Source of the DNA: Mobula hypostoma
Lineage: Eukaryota
Reading direction: 5' to 3'
Assembly (NCBI RefSeq): GCF_963921235.1
Contig: NC_086118.1
Location: 17,610,001-17,674,000 of the forward strand
DNA: 64,000 nt
Shown: piece by piece, positions 37,594-48,851 of the stretch
How the letters are laid out: each line of letters starts with the position of its first letter
Position numbering within the stretch: the first letter of the stretch is position 1
Made by a program: the position numbers and the translations under genes
Notes under the pieces: model-generated
The model's input: the letters and a program-made list of their open reading frames with translations, nothing else
Databases searched by the model: none
What the model was told of the DNA's origin: nothing

Positions 37594-40132
37594 GTAATAT
37601 TCTTTGAAAGAAGCTTGGACATGGTGAGAAATTTGCATCTTTAGGCATAGATATAATTTCTTTGCATTTGATATGTTAAAATATTAACAAGCGTCCTATA
37701 TGCAGAGGAGAGTTTGGCAATTATCTTCTGTATTTACCAAGACAAAATGACTAATTCTGAATCATGGTGAAATTGTTGCATAGTTCCTTTGCTTTCCGAC
37801 GGCCATCAGTTTGCAGTGATATACTTCTTGCTTGTTATGCTGATGGTGCTTCAGGCAGCAATGAAGATCCTCCATCTCAGTCTGTCCTTGGCCATCTTCT
37901 CTATTGTGCCCCAGGTGCAAAGAAATGGTGGACAAACAATAAGTACTTTGCGTTATTCTTCACTGAGAAAGACAGAGAACATAGAACATAGAATAGTACA
38001 GCATAGTACAGGCCCTTCGGCCCACCATGTTGTGCCGACCCTTAAACCCTGCCATCCATATAACTCCCCCACCTTAAATTCCTCCATATACCTGTCTAGT
38101 AGTCTCTTAAATTTCACTAGTGTATCTGCCTCCACCACTGATTCAGGCAGTGCATTTCCATGCACCACCAATTCTCTGAGTAAAAAAAAAACTTCCTCTA
38201 ATATCCTCCTTGAACTTCCCACCCCTTACCTTAAAGCCATGTCCTCTTGTATTGAGCAGTGGTGCCCTGGGAAAGAGGCGCTGGCTGTCCACTCTATCTA
38301 TTCCTCTTAATATCTTATATACCTCTATCATGTCTCCTCTCAGCCGCCTCCTCTCCAGAGAGTAAAGCCCTAGCTCCGTTAATCTCTGATCATGATGTAT
38401 ACTCTCTAAACCAGGCAGCATCCTGGTAAATCTCCTCTGTACCCTTTCCAATGCTTCCACATCCTTCCTATAGTGAGGTGACCAGAACTGGACACAGTAC
38501 TCCAGGTGTGGCCTAACCAGAGTTTTATAGAGCTGCAACATTACGCTGCGACTCTTAAACTCTATCCCTCGACTTATGAAAGCTAACACTCCATAAGCTT
38601 TCTTAACTACCCTAACTACCTGTGAGGCAACTTTCAAGGATATGTGGACACGTACTCCCAGATCCCTCTTCTCCTCCACACTACCAAGTATCCTGCCATT
38701 TACTTTGTACTCTGCCTTGGAGTTTATCCTTCCAAAGTGTACCACCTCACACTTCTCCGGGTTGAACTCCATCTGCCACTTCTCAGCCCACTTCTGCATC
38801 ATATCAATGTCTCTCTGCAATCTTTGACAATCCTCTACACCATCTACAACACCACCAACCTTTGTGTCATCTGCAAACTTGCCAACCCACCCTTCTACCC
38901 CCACATCCAGGTCGTTAATAAAAATCACGAAAAGTAGAGGTCCCAGAACAGATCCTTGTGGGACACCACTAGTCACAATCCTCCAATCTGAATGTACTCC
39001 CTCCACCACGACCCTCTGCCTTCTGCAGGCAAGCCAATTCTGAATCCACCTGGCCAAACTTCCTTGGATCCCATGCCTTCTGACTTTCTGAATAAGCCTA
39101 CCATGTGGAACCTTGCCAAATGCTTTACTAAAATCCATGTAGATCACATCCACTGCACTACCCTCATCTATATGCCTGGTCACTTTCTCAAAGAACTCTA
39201 TCAGGCTAGTTAGACACGATCTGCCCTTCACAAAGCCATGCTGACTGAACCTGATCAGACCATGATTCTCTAAATGCCCATAAATCCTATCTCAAAGAAT
39301 CTTTTCCAACAGCTTTCCCACCACAGACCTAAGACTCACTGGTCTATAATTACCCGGACTATCCCTACTACCTTTTTTCAACAAGGGGACAACATTCACC
39401 TCCCTCCAATCCTCTGGTACCATTCCCGTGGACATAAAGATCCTAGCTAGAGGCTCAGCAATCTCTTCCCTTGCCTCGTGGAGCAGCCTGGGGAATATTC
39501 CGTCAGGCCTCGGGGACTTACCTGTTCTAATGTATTTTAACAACTCCAACATCTCCTCTCCCTTAATATCAACATGCTCTAGAACATCAACCTCAGTCAT
39601 ATTGTCCTCACCATCCCCAAGTTCCCTCTCTTTGGTGAATACCAAAGAGAAGTATTTATTGAGGACCTTGCTCACTTCCACAGCCTCCAGGCACATCTTC
39701 CCACCTTGATCTCTAATTAGTCCTATCTTCACTCCTGTCATCCTTTTGTTCACATAATTGAAGAATGCCTTGGAGTTTTCCTTTACCCTGCCTGCCAAGG
39801 CCTTCTCATGCCCCATTTTTGCTCTCCTCAGCCCCTTCTTAAGCTCCTTTCTTGCTACCCTATATTCCTCAATAGACCCATCTGATCCTTGCTTCCTAAA
39901 CCTCATGTATGCTGCCTTCTTCCACCTGACTAGATTCTCCATCTCACTTGTCACCCATGGTTCCTTTGCCCTACCATTCTTTATCTTCTTCACCGGGACA
40001 AATTTATCCCTAACATCCTGTAAGAGATTCCAAAGCATTGACCACATGTCCATAGTACATTTCCCTGCAAAAACATCATTCCAATTCACACCCGCAAGTT
40101 CTAGCCTTATAGCCTCATAATTTGCCCTTCCC

Positions 40133-40970
40133 TGTCACGTACCCCATGATGGGAATAAAGAACCAGCAGAGATGGAAAACACTTTGGAGTCCAGTGTTAC
40201 TATTAACTAATAATATTTATTAGTAACTACACAATACTGTAATATAAATGTTGATAAATCAAGCAGGTTAGCAATGATTACATAAATCAGTAAGTGTGGA
40301 AATATATATGAAAAACCAAGCTTCTTCATGTCTAGGGGTAAAAAGATAGAGTCTTACGATAATGAGTAAAGTTCAGTTCAGTTCGTGGTATTGAGTTGAG
40401 TAGTGATGGGGAAAGGGAGAGATTTGAGTCTTCAGTTGAGCTGATGTTGCTGATCTTCTCGTTGTCCTCCGAAGTCCTTTAAAAGTCATCGACTGTGACA
40501 TCAACAAAGGGGACCGGTTTTCTGTGGTGGAGCTATCACCAGTCACTGCCTTTTCTTTTCACTGCAAGAGCCACTGATCGATCCTTCAAAAACCCACTTT
40601 TTCCGCGGGCACAACGAAGCTCATTCAGTGTCTACAAACATGTGTCTGAGGTCTATCATCTGACCTCCTATTTATCTCACCGTGCTGAGCATCAATTGTC
40701 ACTCAAATTACTCCTCCTTCCTCTGTGTGTAAGAAATGCAAGCAGGCAAATATCCTTGAAGAAGTATCAACACGCTGCCGAAAAATCATAACGTTGATTG
40801 TCCATCAAACAACGCCCTTGGTTACCATAGCAACTTATGAGCTGCTGGGTGCCATTTCTCTCTCCAACTCAGCAGAAATCCAAAAGTTACTTCCAGTGCC
40901 TTAAAGCAATAGTCCAAAAGTTAGTCTTTGTCCCTCTCTCTCTTTTCAAAACAACATGTCAGTGTTAAGT

Positions 40971-41064
<94 letters not shown>

Positions 41065-41129
41065 TTTCAAAAGCACAGTTCATAGGGGTAATGGAGCACA
41101 GTCTATAGGGGTAATTCAGGACCCCATCA
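40133..41129 (-). mobile_element. About 1 kb non-coding LTR-like insertion (solo-LTR-like), no TSD
   Basis: TG...CA termini; minus-strand AATAAA (TTTATT 40216-40221) near its 3' end; exact removal restores the CR1 frame FNWGRANY. Confidence 0.65.
40973..41083. repeat. Compound (CT)n/(CTGTCT)n microsatellite
   Basis: Directly visible. Confidence 0.97.
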
Positions 41130-41806
41130 CAATTAAAAAATTTGCTATCCCCTCTAATTCTATCCATTTCTATGATAATGTTAAAGGCCAGGGAGCAGTG
41201 GTAACTATCCCCCAGATGCTCACCCACTGAAAGATCTGTGACCTGACCCAGTTCGTTACCTAATATTAGATCTAGTATGGCATTCCCCCAGTCGGCCTGT
41301 CCACATATTGTGACAGGAATCCGTCCTGGACACACTTAACAAACTGCCCCGTCTAAACCATTGGAACTAATCAGGTACCAATCAATATTAGGGAAGTTAA
41401 AGTCACCCATGATAACAACCCTGTTATTTTTGCACCTTTCCAAAATCTGCCTCCCAATCTGCTCCTCGGTACCTCTGCTGCTACCAGGGGGCCTATAGAA
41501 TACCCCCAATAGAGTAACTGCTCCCTTCCTGTTCCTGACTTCCACCCATACTGACTCAAAAGAGGATCCTGCTACATTACCCACCCTTTCTGTAGCTGTA
41601 ATAGTATTGCTGACCAGTAATTCCACCCCTCCTCCCCTTCCCCTCCCTCTCTATCCCTTTTAAAGCACTGAAATCCAGGAATATTGAGAATCCATTTCTG
41701 CCCTGGTGCCAGCCAAGTCTCTGTAATGGCCACTACATCATAATTCCATGTATGTATCCAAGATCTCAGTTCATCACCTTTGTTCCTGATGCTTCTTGCA
41801 TTGAAG

Positions 41807-43425
41807 ACGTGAGCAATATGTCAGAAATTCAAGAGGGTTGGGGCAGAAGTGAGTGTAATTCCTATTACTAAGGAGAAGGTGCTTGGGAAGCTGACAGGTC
41901 TGAAGGTAGATAAGTCACTTGAACGAAATGGACTACACCCCAGGGTTTAGAAAGAGGTTGTTGAAGAGACTCTGTAAGCATTAGTAATGATCTTTTTAGA
42001 ATCACTAGAATCTGGAATTGTTCCAGAGAACTGGAAAATTGCAAGTGTCACTCCACTCTTTAAGAAAGGAAGGAAGCAAAAGAAAGGAAATTATAGGCCA
42101 GTTAGCCCGACTTCAGTGGTTGGGAAGATGCTGGAGTGCATTAGGATGAGGTTTCAGGGTACTTGGAGGTGCATGATAAAGTAGGCCAAAATCATCATGG
42201 TTTCCTTAAGGGAAAATCTTTCCTGACAAATTTGTTGGAATACTTTGAGAAAATAACAGGCAGGATAGACGAAGGAGAGTCAGTGAATGTTGTTTAGTTT
42301 TAAGAAGGCCTTTGGCAAGGTGCTGCACATGAGGCTGCTAACCAACATAGGATTCCATTGTATTACATGGTTAGAAGATTGGCTGATTGGCAGGAGGCAA
42401 AGAGTGGGGAATAAAGAGGCTGTTTTCTGTTTGGCTGTCTAGTGGTGTTCCACAGTGGTCGGTGTTGATACTGCTTATTTTCATGTTAAATGTCAATGAT
42501 TTGGATGATAGAATTGATGGCTTTGAGGCAGTTTTGCAGGTGATATAAAGACAAGTGGAAGAGTAGGTAGTGTTGATGAGCAGGGAGTCTGCAGAAGGAC
42601 TTAGACAGATTGGGAGAATGGGCAAGGAAGTCCTATATGGAATACAGTGTAGGGAAGTGCATGGTTATGCACTTAGGTAAAAGGGTAAAGGCACAGATTA
42701 TTTTCTAAACGATGAGAAAGTTCAAAAATCAGAGGTGCAAAGAGTCTTGGGAATCCTTGTGCAGGATTCCTTAAAGGTTAACTTAGATTGCAAAGGACGG
42801 CAAATTCAATGTTAGCATTCATTTTGAGAGGACAAGAGTACAAGAGCAAGGATGAAATGTTGAGGCTTTATAAGGCATTGGTCAGACCACACTTGGAGTA
42901 TTGTGAGCAATTTTATGCCCCTTGCCTGAGAAAAGATGTGCAGACATCGGAGAAGATCCGGAGGAGGTTCACGAGAATGATTCCGGGAATGAAAGGTTTA
43001 ACGCAAGAGGGGTGTTTGACTCTGGGCCTGTGCTTGCTGAAGTTTAGAAGCATGGCGGTGGGGATCTCATTGAAACCTATTGAATATTGAAAGGTCTATT
43101 TAGAGTGGATGTGGAGAGGATGTTTCCTACAGTGGGAGAGTCTAGGACCAGGGGCACAGCCTCAGAATCGAGGGCCATCCATTTAGAACAGAGATGAGGG
43201 AGGAATTTCTTTTCCCAGGTGGTAGTGAATCTTTGGAATTCATTGGCACAGATGTCTATGGGGGCCAAGTTGTTGAGTATATTTAAAGCGGAGGTTAAGA
43301 GCTTCTTGATTAGTTTGTGTGTCAAGGGTAATGGGGTTGAGAGGGATAATAAATCAGCCATGATGGAATGGCAGAGCAGATGTGATAGACTGAATGGCCT
43401 AATTCTGCTTCTATGTCTAGTGCTG
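41807..43425 (+). mobile_element. Older CR1 LINE, host of the young CR1; its left stub is at about 37925-37973
   Basis: PENWKIASVTPLFKKG..NYRPVS, RLYKALVRPHLEYCEQF, CR1 tail; many stops. Confidence 0.88.
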
Positions 43426-44508
43426 TAAGATGGGATTTATGAGTGGTTGCCTACTGTTTGATTGATGGGCCGTCTGTTTCCATTCTGTATGACTCTAAGT
43501 TGAGCTGTAACTCAGTTACATAGGAGCAGGAGGATGGTAGAATCTAAACCAATGTTTCCCTGTTGTTGTGCAGTGGTAAACCTGTTTCATCCTTCCACGC
43601 AATATCCACCAGTACATATGGTTTCCTATGCTTGGATATATTTTTAGATTTATATCTATGTTTATTTGCAAAATGTATCAAGTCCAGAAGAAATTTTAAG
43701 GGTCAACATGATTCATTTTATTTTATTAAAATAGTCCTTTCATTTTCTGGGAAGTTTTGGATGTTTTATTTCTGCTTCATTACATCTTGTTAGGTTCAAA
43801 ATGCACCACATAGAGAATTGCATTTGTAGGTCATTCTTCAGTAATTTGCTTCTGATTTATTTCGACTGTATCAACTTCTGGTGTGGAAGATTTCTCCCAG
43901 CTGAAATCAACAAAAGTGAACTTTAGTGAAAAAGTGAAAAAATATTCTCTTTGCCAATGAAATTAGCAGTAAATATTTTGTTTGCATTTTATCTCAGGCA
44001 GTCATTTGGATTACTGAAACGATCTATAGTTGTCCCAGATTAGTGAATTTGAAAGCAAAGTTCCACTTCACATTGTAATGAGTGAACTACTGTACCTGTG
44101 AATATTACTGAGGAAGGCAATAGGCTGAAATTTCACCTGCAAACAGCTGGCTGACGTTCAAACACCATGCTCAAATGAAGAAAAAATTGTAATTTAAGAA
44201 ATACAGTTAAATCACACTCAACTGTCATGCCAACATTCATTGGAAAGGTGTCATTGATGAAAGGAGTAGTGTAATAGAATATCACATTATATTTAAAAAA
44301 TGTTTCTCCTAATGCTTTAGAGGATTAAAAAAAAGCTAATAAAGTTCATTTTTTCTACTGCTGTTAAAAATTCAATTGCATTTAATTAGAGGAACAGTAA
44401 AATTGTGCTTCTTTATGACTGTTGTACAACATTGGTAAAATATTGCATGCCACCTATCTGATGCTTTGTTGATGTATTTACTAATCATTATTCCTTGATG
44501 TTTTCAAG

Positions 44509-44639
44509 GTGCAGTAATCTGAAATGTATTTATGATCAACTGAGATCTAGAAAAGTAAGAAAGATGGTGGAGCTTCTGGAGAGGATGGAAAGCAGCTATT
44601 TTCCAGTATTTAAAACAATGTTTAGTGATGTTGTTGCAG
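44509..44639 (+). CDS. DNAH9: DNAH9 exon 4
   Basis: ttcaag / gtatga; 131 nt; CSNLKCIYDQLRSRKVRKMVELLERMESSYFPVFKTMFSDVVA. Confidence 0.92.
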
Positions 44640-45234
44640 GTATGATGACATCAAATTCACCAGATAAACCAAGACACTCCTTTAAATTTTTCAATTCAGT
44701 TGGTGAACTATGATTTACTCTTTTATTTTAAATGTTCTACATCCATTATTTTTTCCAACTGGCTTCACTTATCTGGGTTGCATTAATGAAGGCAAGGAAT
44801 TTCTGGATGTCTATTTGCAGAACAATTTCAGTAAGTTAAAAAGAGAATGATGGAAATACTCATCAGGTTGGGGAAAGAAATAACGTTAATGTTTCAGGTT
44901 AATGACAATCTGTGAAGGAAATTCAACGATTGTTTAAGTTTAAAATAGCCATTGCCCTCAAGTATTCTTATTTTTGTTCCTCTCTCCACAATTACTGTTG
45001 AGTGTTTCAAGCTTTTTATACTATATGTAATATTTTGCTGTATATTTTTTCTTTCACCCTTGCATCAGTTAATGGGTAGAGATTTTGTTTAAGAGAGCTA
45101 GGTTCTGGTCAAAATTGTAAACATAGCTAGGAGTAGGAAGCTGTGTTGATTATGCGTGCCATTATGTGTAGATGCATTGCTCTTTCATTTTCCTTCCTTT
45201 GAATATTCCTCTATAGATGATGACTAGGGATTTG

Positions 45235-45640
45235 CAAATGTTTTCTTTCCTTTAATATCCCTCAATCTTTCCTTTCCGCGTACCCATCTAAATGCTTTTT
45301 TAAATTTGTACCGAACTCAAGCACTTCCTCTGGCACCTTGTTCCATATACCCACCACATGAACAATTTACCCCTTGAGGCCCTTTTAAATCTTTCCCCTC
45401 TTGCCTTAAACCTATACCCTCTAGTTTTTGATTCCTTTTCTCCTGGGGCAAGAACATGTGCATTCTGTCCCTCATGGTTTTATCTGCCTCAGTAAGGCAC
45501 CCCTCCATCTCCGTCACTTCGAGGAATGAAGTCCTAGTCTGTTCAACTTCTCTCTATAACTGAGGCTCTTGAGTCTTGACCACATTTCTGTAAAATCTTT
45601 GCACTCTTTCCTATCATAGGGTAACCAAAATTGTACATAT
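45235..45640 (-). mobile_element. CR1 3' fragment
   Basis: Similar to the other CR1 3' ends (cttaaacctataccctctagtttttga). Confidence 0.65.
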
Positions 45641-45898
45641 CAGGTGTTGACTCAGCTATAACTTATGTAGACAAAGTAAATGGTGGAAAGTTTTAGCTTT
45701 GCGCATACAATGGTAAATAGAAAATCATTGGAAGGGTTAATTCTTTGTAGGTCATGAGCTCAATTGCTAAAAATTTGAGTACTGGATGTTAATGCAAATT
45801 ATAAAATTGCTATATTTTCTCTACAAGAAATCCATGTTTCCTTGAAAATATTTTTCATGGTGTAATTTGGGTTGCTTTATTTTGCTGTCTACCATCAG

Positions 45899-46110
45899 CT
45901 CTGACAGAAGCAAGGGATATTAACGTGCATTTGAAGCCACTCCAGCGCCATTTTGAGGATATTGAGAATGCAGAATTCACTGAGCTGAAGCCCTTGCTTA
46001 GCTGCTTCATGCATGTAGTGTGCCTGATCTGGACCAGATCTAAGTACTACAACACTCCAGCACGTATCATAGTCCTTCTGCAGGAGACCTGCAACCTTCT
46101 TATTCAGCAG
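45899..46110 (+). CDS. DNAH9: DNAH9 exon 5
   Basis: catcag / gtatgg; 212 nt; LTEARDINVHLKPLQRHFE...RIIVLLQETCNLLIQQ. Confidence 0.93.
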
Positions 46111-46629
46111 GTATGGGAACTGGCAGTGCTCTGTGCAGTACAGAGGAACCTCATCAGTGTGTCTCCAATTATCTTTTATCTTACTATTTAGGAAATCCTA
46201 ATGGTTCAGCATCTGACTCACTGGGTAAAGTTTGCCTGGTTCCATGGCTGCTCACCGGAGTTGAATAGCAACACTCTTCCTTTTCCTTCAGTAGAGTTGG
46301 GTTCCCAGTTCCCATTCTTTCTTTCCACTCACTGAAATCCTCATTCCCACTTTCTCTTTCTGCTCACTGGGATCCCAGTTCCTTTTTCCCCTTTACACTC
46401 ACAGGGAACCTGGTTCCTGCATTCCTCCAACTCAATTAGGCCTCTTTCCACTGTACAAAACCTCAGTTGCCGCAGTCCAATTCAGCTTAATTGAAAAATA
46501 TATTATGTTACGAACACTGCAACGTCAAATGCCTTAACCCAAGCTACCAATATCCACCACTGTCCTAAATTTATTATTAGACTGTGTTACGTATATAAAA
46601 TGAGTGAATTTAAAGATAGGTCCTCGAGA

Positions 46630-47040
46630 AACTGATGCTGGTATCAGGGGAAAAACGCAGCTGGAGGAATTCAAAGGTTCAGTCAGTATCTGTGGAGGTA
46701 GAAGAATAGTGGACATTATGGGTCGAGACTCTGTATCAGAACTGAGTGTAGAGTGGAGATGAGAAGAGGCTGAGAGGTGAGGCTGGCAAGTGACAGGTAG
46801 ATGTAAATGATGGAGTGAGGTGGGGGAGGGAGGAGTGGAGTTAAGGACAAAGGCTGGGAGGTGATGGGTGAAGACAAGCAAGAGCTGCAGATGATGCAAT
46901 CTGATGAGAAAGGAAGGCGATGAGTGAAAGCACATAAGCGAGGTTTGCTGTGCATATGGGAACAGCGGGGAGAATGGATAGGGGACCAGGTGGGTTAAAT
47001 GTGTGGGTCTTAGGCAGATGGAACCAGGTGGGGAAGGGAG
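46630..47040 (-). mobile_element. Degenerate PLE terminal repeat / 3' UTR
   Basis: gatgctgg...gctggaggaattcaa...gcatc-like head followed by a purine-rich tract, as in the other PLE copies. Confidence 0.55.
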
Positions 47041-47329
47041 TAACCGATTAACACGGGGCTAGACTCTGTAATTCTATGATTGGTGAGTTTGGAAAATTTG
47101 CCAGTCTCACACCATTACAGTTTAAAACATAATGGATCATTGCAGTTTAACTGTTCTGTTTTCATTGACATCTGGTGACATCTTGTTCGATTTGAGTGTA
47201 TTTGTAATAACTTGGAGTAATTGAATATAGCTGATGACACATCATCCTATTTTGTGAGAGATTTCCTTTCATTTATTTCCTGACTTCGATTTAGACCTGT
47301 AACTTATCTAACCACAAGGACAAGAAATC

Positions 47330-47935
47330 TTACCAAAGTCTCTACTTCCTCAGGAGGCTAAAGAAATTTTATACTTCCATCGACCCTTACAGATTTTTAT
47401 TGATGCAGTAGAGAAAGCACATATCTGGATGCATAGCAGCTCGATAAGACAACTACTTTGCCCATGACGACAAGAAACTGCAGAGACTGGTTATAGAGTT
47501 CAGCACGTCATGGAAACAAGCTGCCTCTCTATGGGTTCTGTCTTACCTTTTTTGCTGCCCCAGTAAAGCAGCCAGCTTATTCAAAGACCCCCATCCACCC
47601 CTGACATACTCTCTTCTCACCTCTCCCATCAGACAGAAGATGCAAATATCTGAAAGCACATACTCCAGGCTCAGGGACAGCTTCAATCTTGCTGTTGTAA
47701 GACTATTGAATGGTTCCCTAGTACAATGAGATGGACTCTTGACCTCACAATCTACCTCATTATGAACTTGCGCCTAATTGTCTATCGGCACTGCACTTTC
47801 TCTGTAGTTGTTACCCTTTATTCTGCATTCTGTTATTTTACCTTGTAGTCTGAATGCACTATGTGATGAATTGAGTTGTATGAACAGTATACAAGACAAG
47901 CTTTTCACCGTATCTGTGATGATATTCCAATTCCA
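47330..47935 (+). mobile_element. Rex1/Babar-like LINE 3' end
   Basis: LYFLRRLKKF-like segment and 3' UTR. Confidence 0.65.
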
Positions 47936-47954
47936 ATTAGTAAACCCGTAGAAC

Positions 47955-48250
47955 GTCACAGTGGCATTGCTGGTAAAGCTGCTACCTCATAGTCTCGATG
48001 ACCCGGGTTCAGCCTTAACTTTTGGTACTGTCCGTGTGGAGTTTGCAAATTTTCCCTGTGACCCAAGGTTTCTTCCTACAGTCCAAGATGTTCTATTTGG
48101 TAGATTAATTGACTACTTGCGATTGTCCACAGATGTTATGGAATTTGGTGGGAGCTGATGAGCATGTCGTAGGTTGAGTGCGGGATTAGTCATTTAGACA
48201 AATCCACGATTTTTGATGCCGCAGGGCCTGTTGCAGTGTGTATGACTCCT
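47955..48250 (+). mobile_element. tRNA-derived SINE (HE1/V-SINE-like)
   Basis: A-box-like tggcattgctgg, B-box-like ggttcagcc, then ctgtccgtgtggagtttgca; CR1-like tail gggcctgtt...gtatgactc. Confidence 0.65.
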
Positions 48251-48617
48251 TGACAAAACTCTTATGAATCCTTCACTGTTACTCTGCTCTTCCATGTTAT
48301 TATGTTGCTTTTAAAGTCAGGCCAGCATTCAGACTTCCCCATGAATCAGAGTTCCATGTTGCATTCTGTCAGTGCTACAATAGCAGTCCAACATCATTTG
48401 GTTGCTGTACTTTCCAAAGTTTTTTTTTTCCTTTTTGTTGTTTTAAGAAGATGGTCCAGCCTTCATTGGACTATGCTGGAAGTAGTATTGAGCTCCGTAG
48501 AGACTGAGCCGTGCACATGCTGGAAACAGCCCCATGTTCCACTCTGTAAAATTCCCCGTGTGGTAACAATGTCCTTCTGCTTCATCATTGGGTTTATTCT
48601 GTCCTTGCATGTTGCAG

Positions 48618-48851
48618 GCTCATGCTTATGTCAACCCAGAGGACATCCTGAAGGGTGAAGTGGATGAGAGTTTGAGCAAAGTGCGGGAAACCGTTGACGT
48701 CCTTTGCTTTTTCAAGCATGTTTTTGATGAAAAGCGTGAAAGTATGCCAAGTTATTATAAGGAAGGTGAGAATGTGAAAGAGTGGGACTTTAACTCTCTG
48801 CTGATCTTTGCCCGAATGAACTGCTACCTCAAGAGACTTGAACAGATCGAG
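48618..48851 (+). CDS. DNAH9: DNAH9 exon 6
   Basis: ttgcag / gtaagg; 234 nt; AHAYVNPEDILKGEVDES...KEWDFNSLLIFARMNCYLKRLEQIE. Confidence 0.93.

Larger units (their letters stand above)
37975..41806 (-). mobile_element. Young CR1 LINE with near-complete ORF2 (APE + RT), 5'-truncated and interrupted at 40133-41129
   Basis: GVFYRPP, MGDFNFPNIDW, NYRPVSL, YMDFSKAF, GVPQGSVLGPLLF, KFADD; (TTCTATG)n tail; few stops or frameshifts. Confidence 0.95.

Noticed and set aside
38143..39231. 362-aa ORF as a host gene or active reverse transcriptase
   Set aside because: It is part of CR1 ORF2, which has a stop, frameshifts, a nested insertion and no ORF1 or 5' end.
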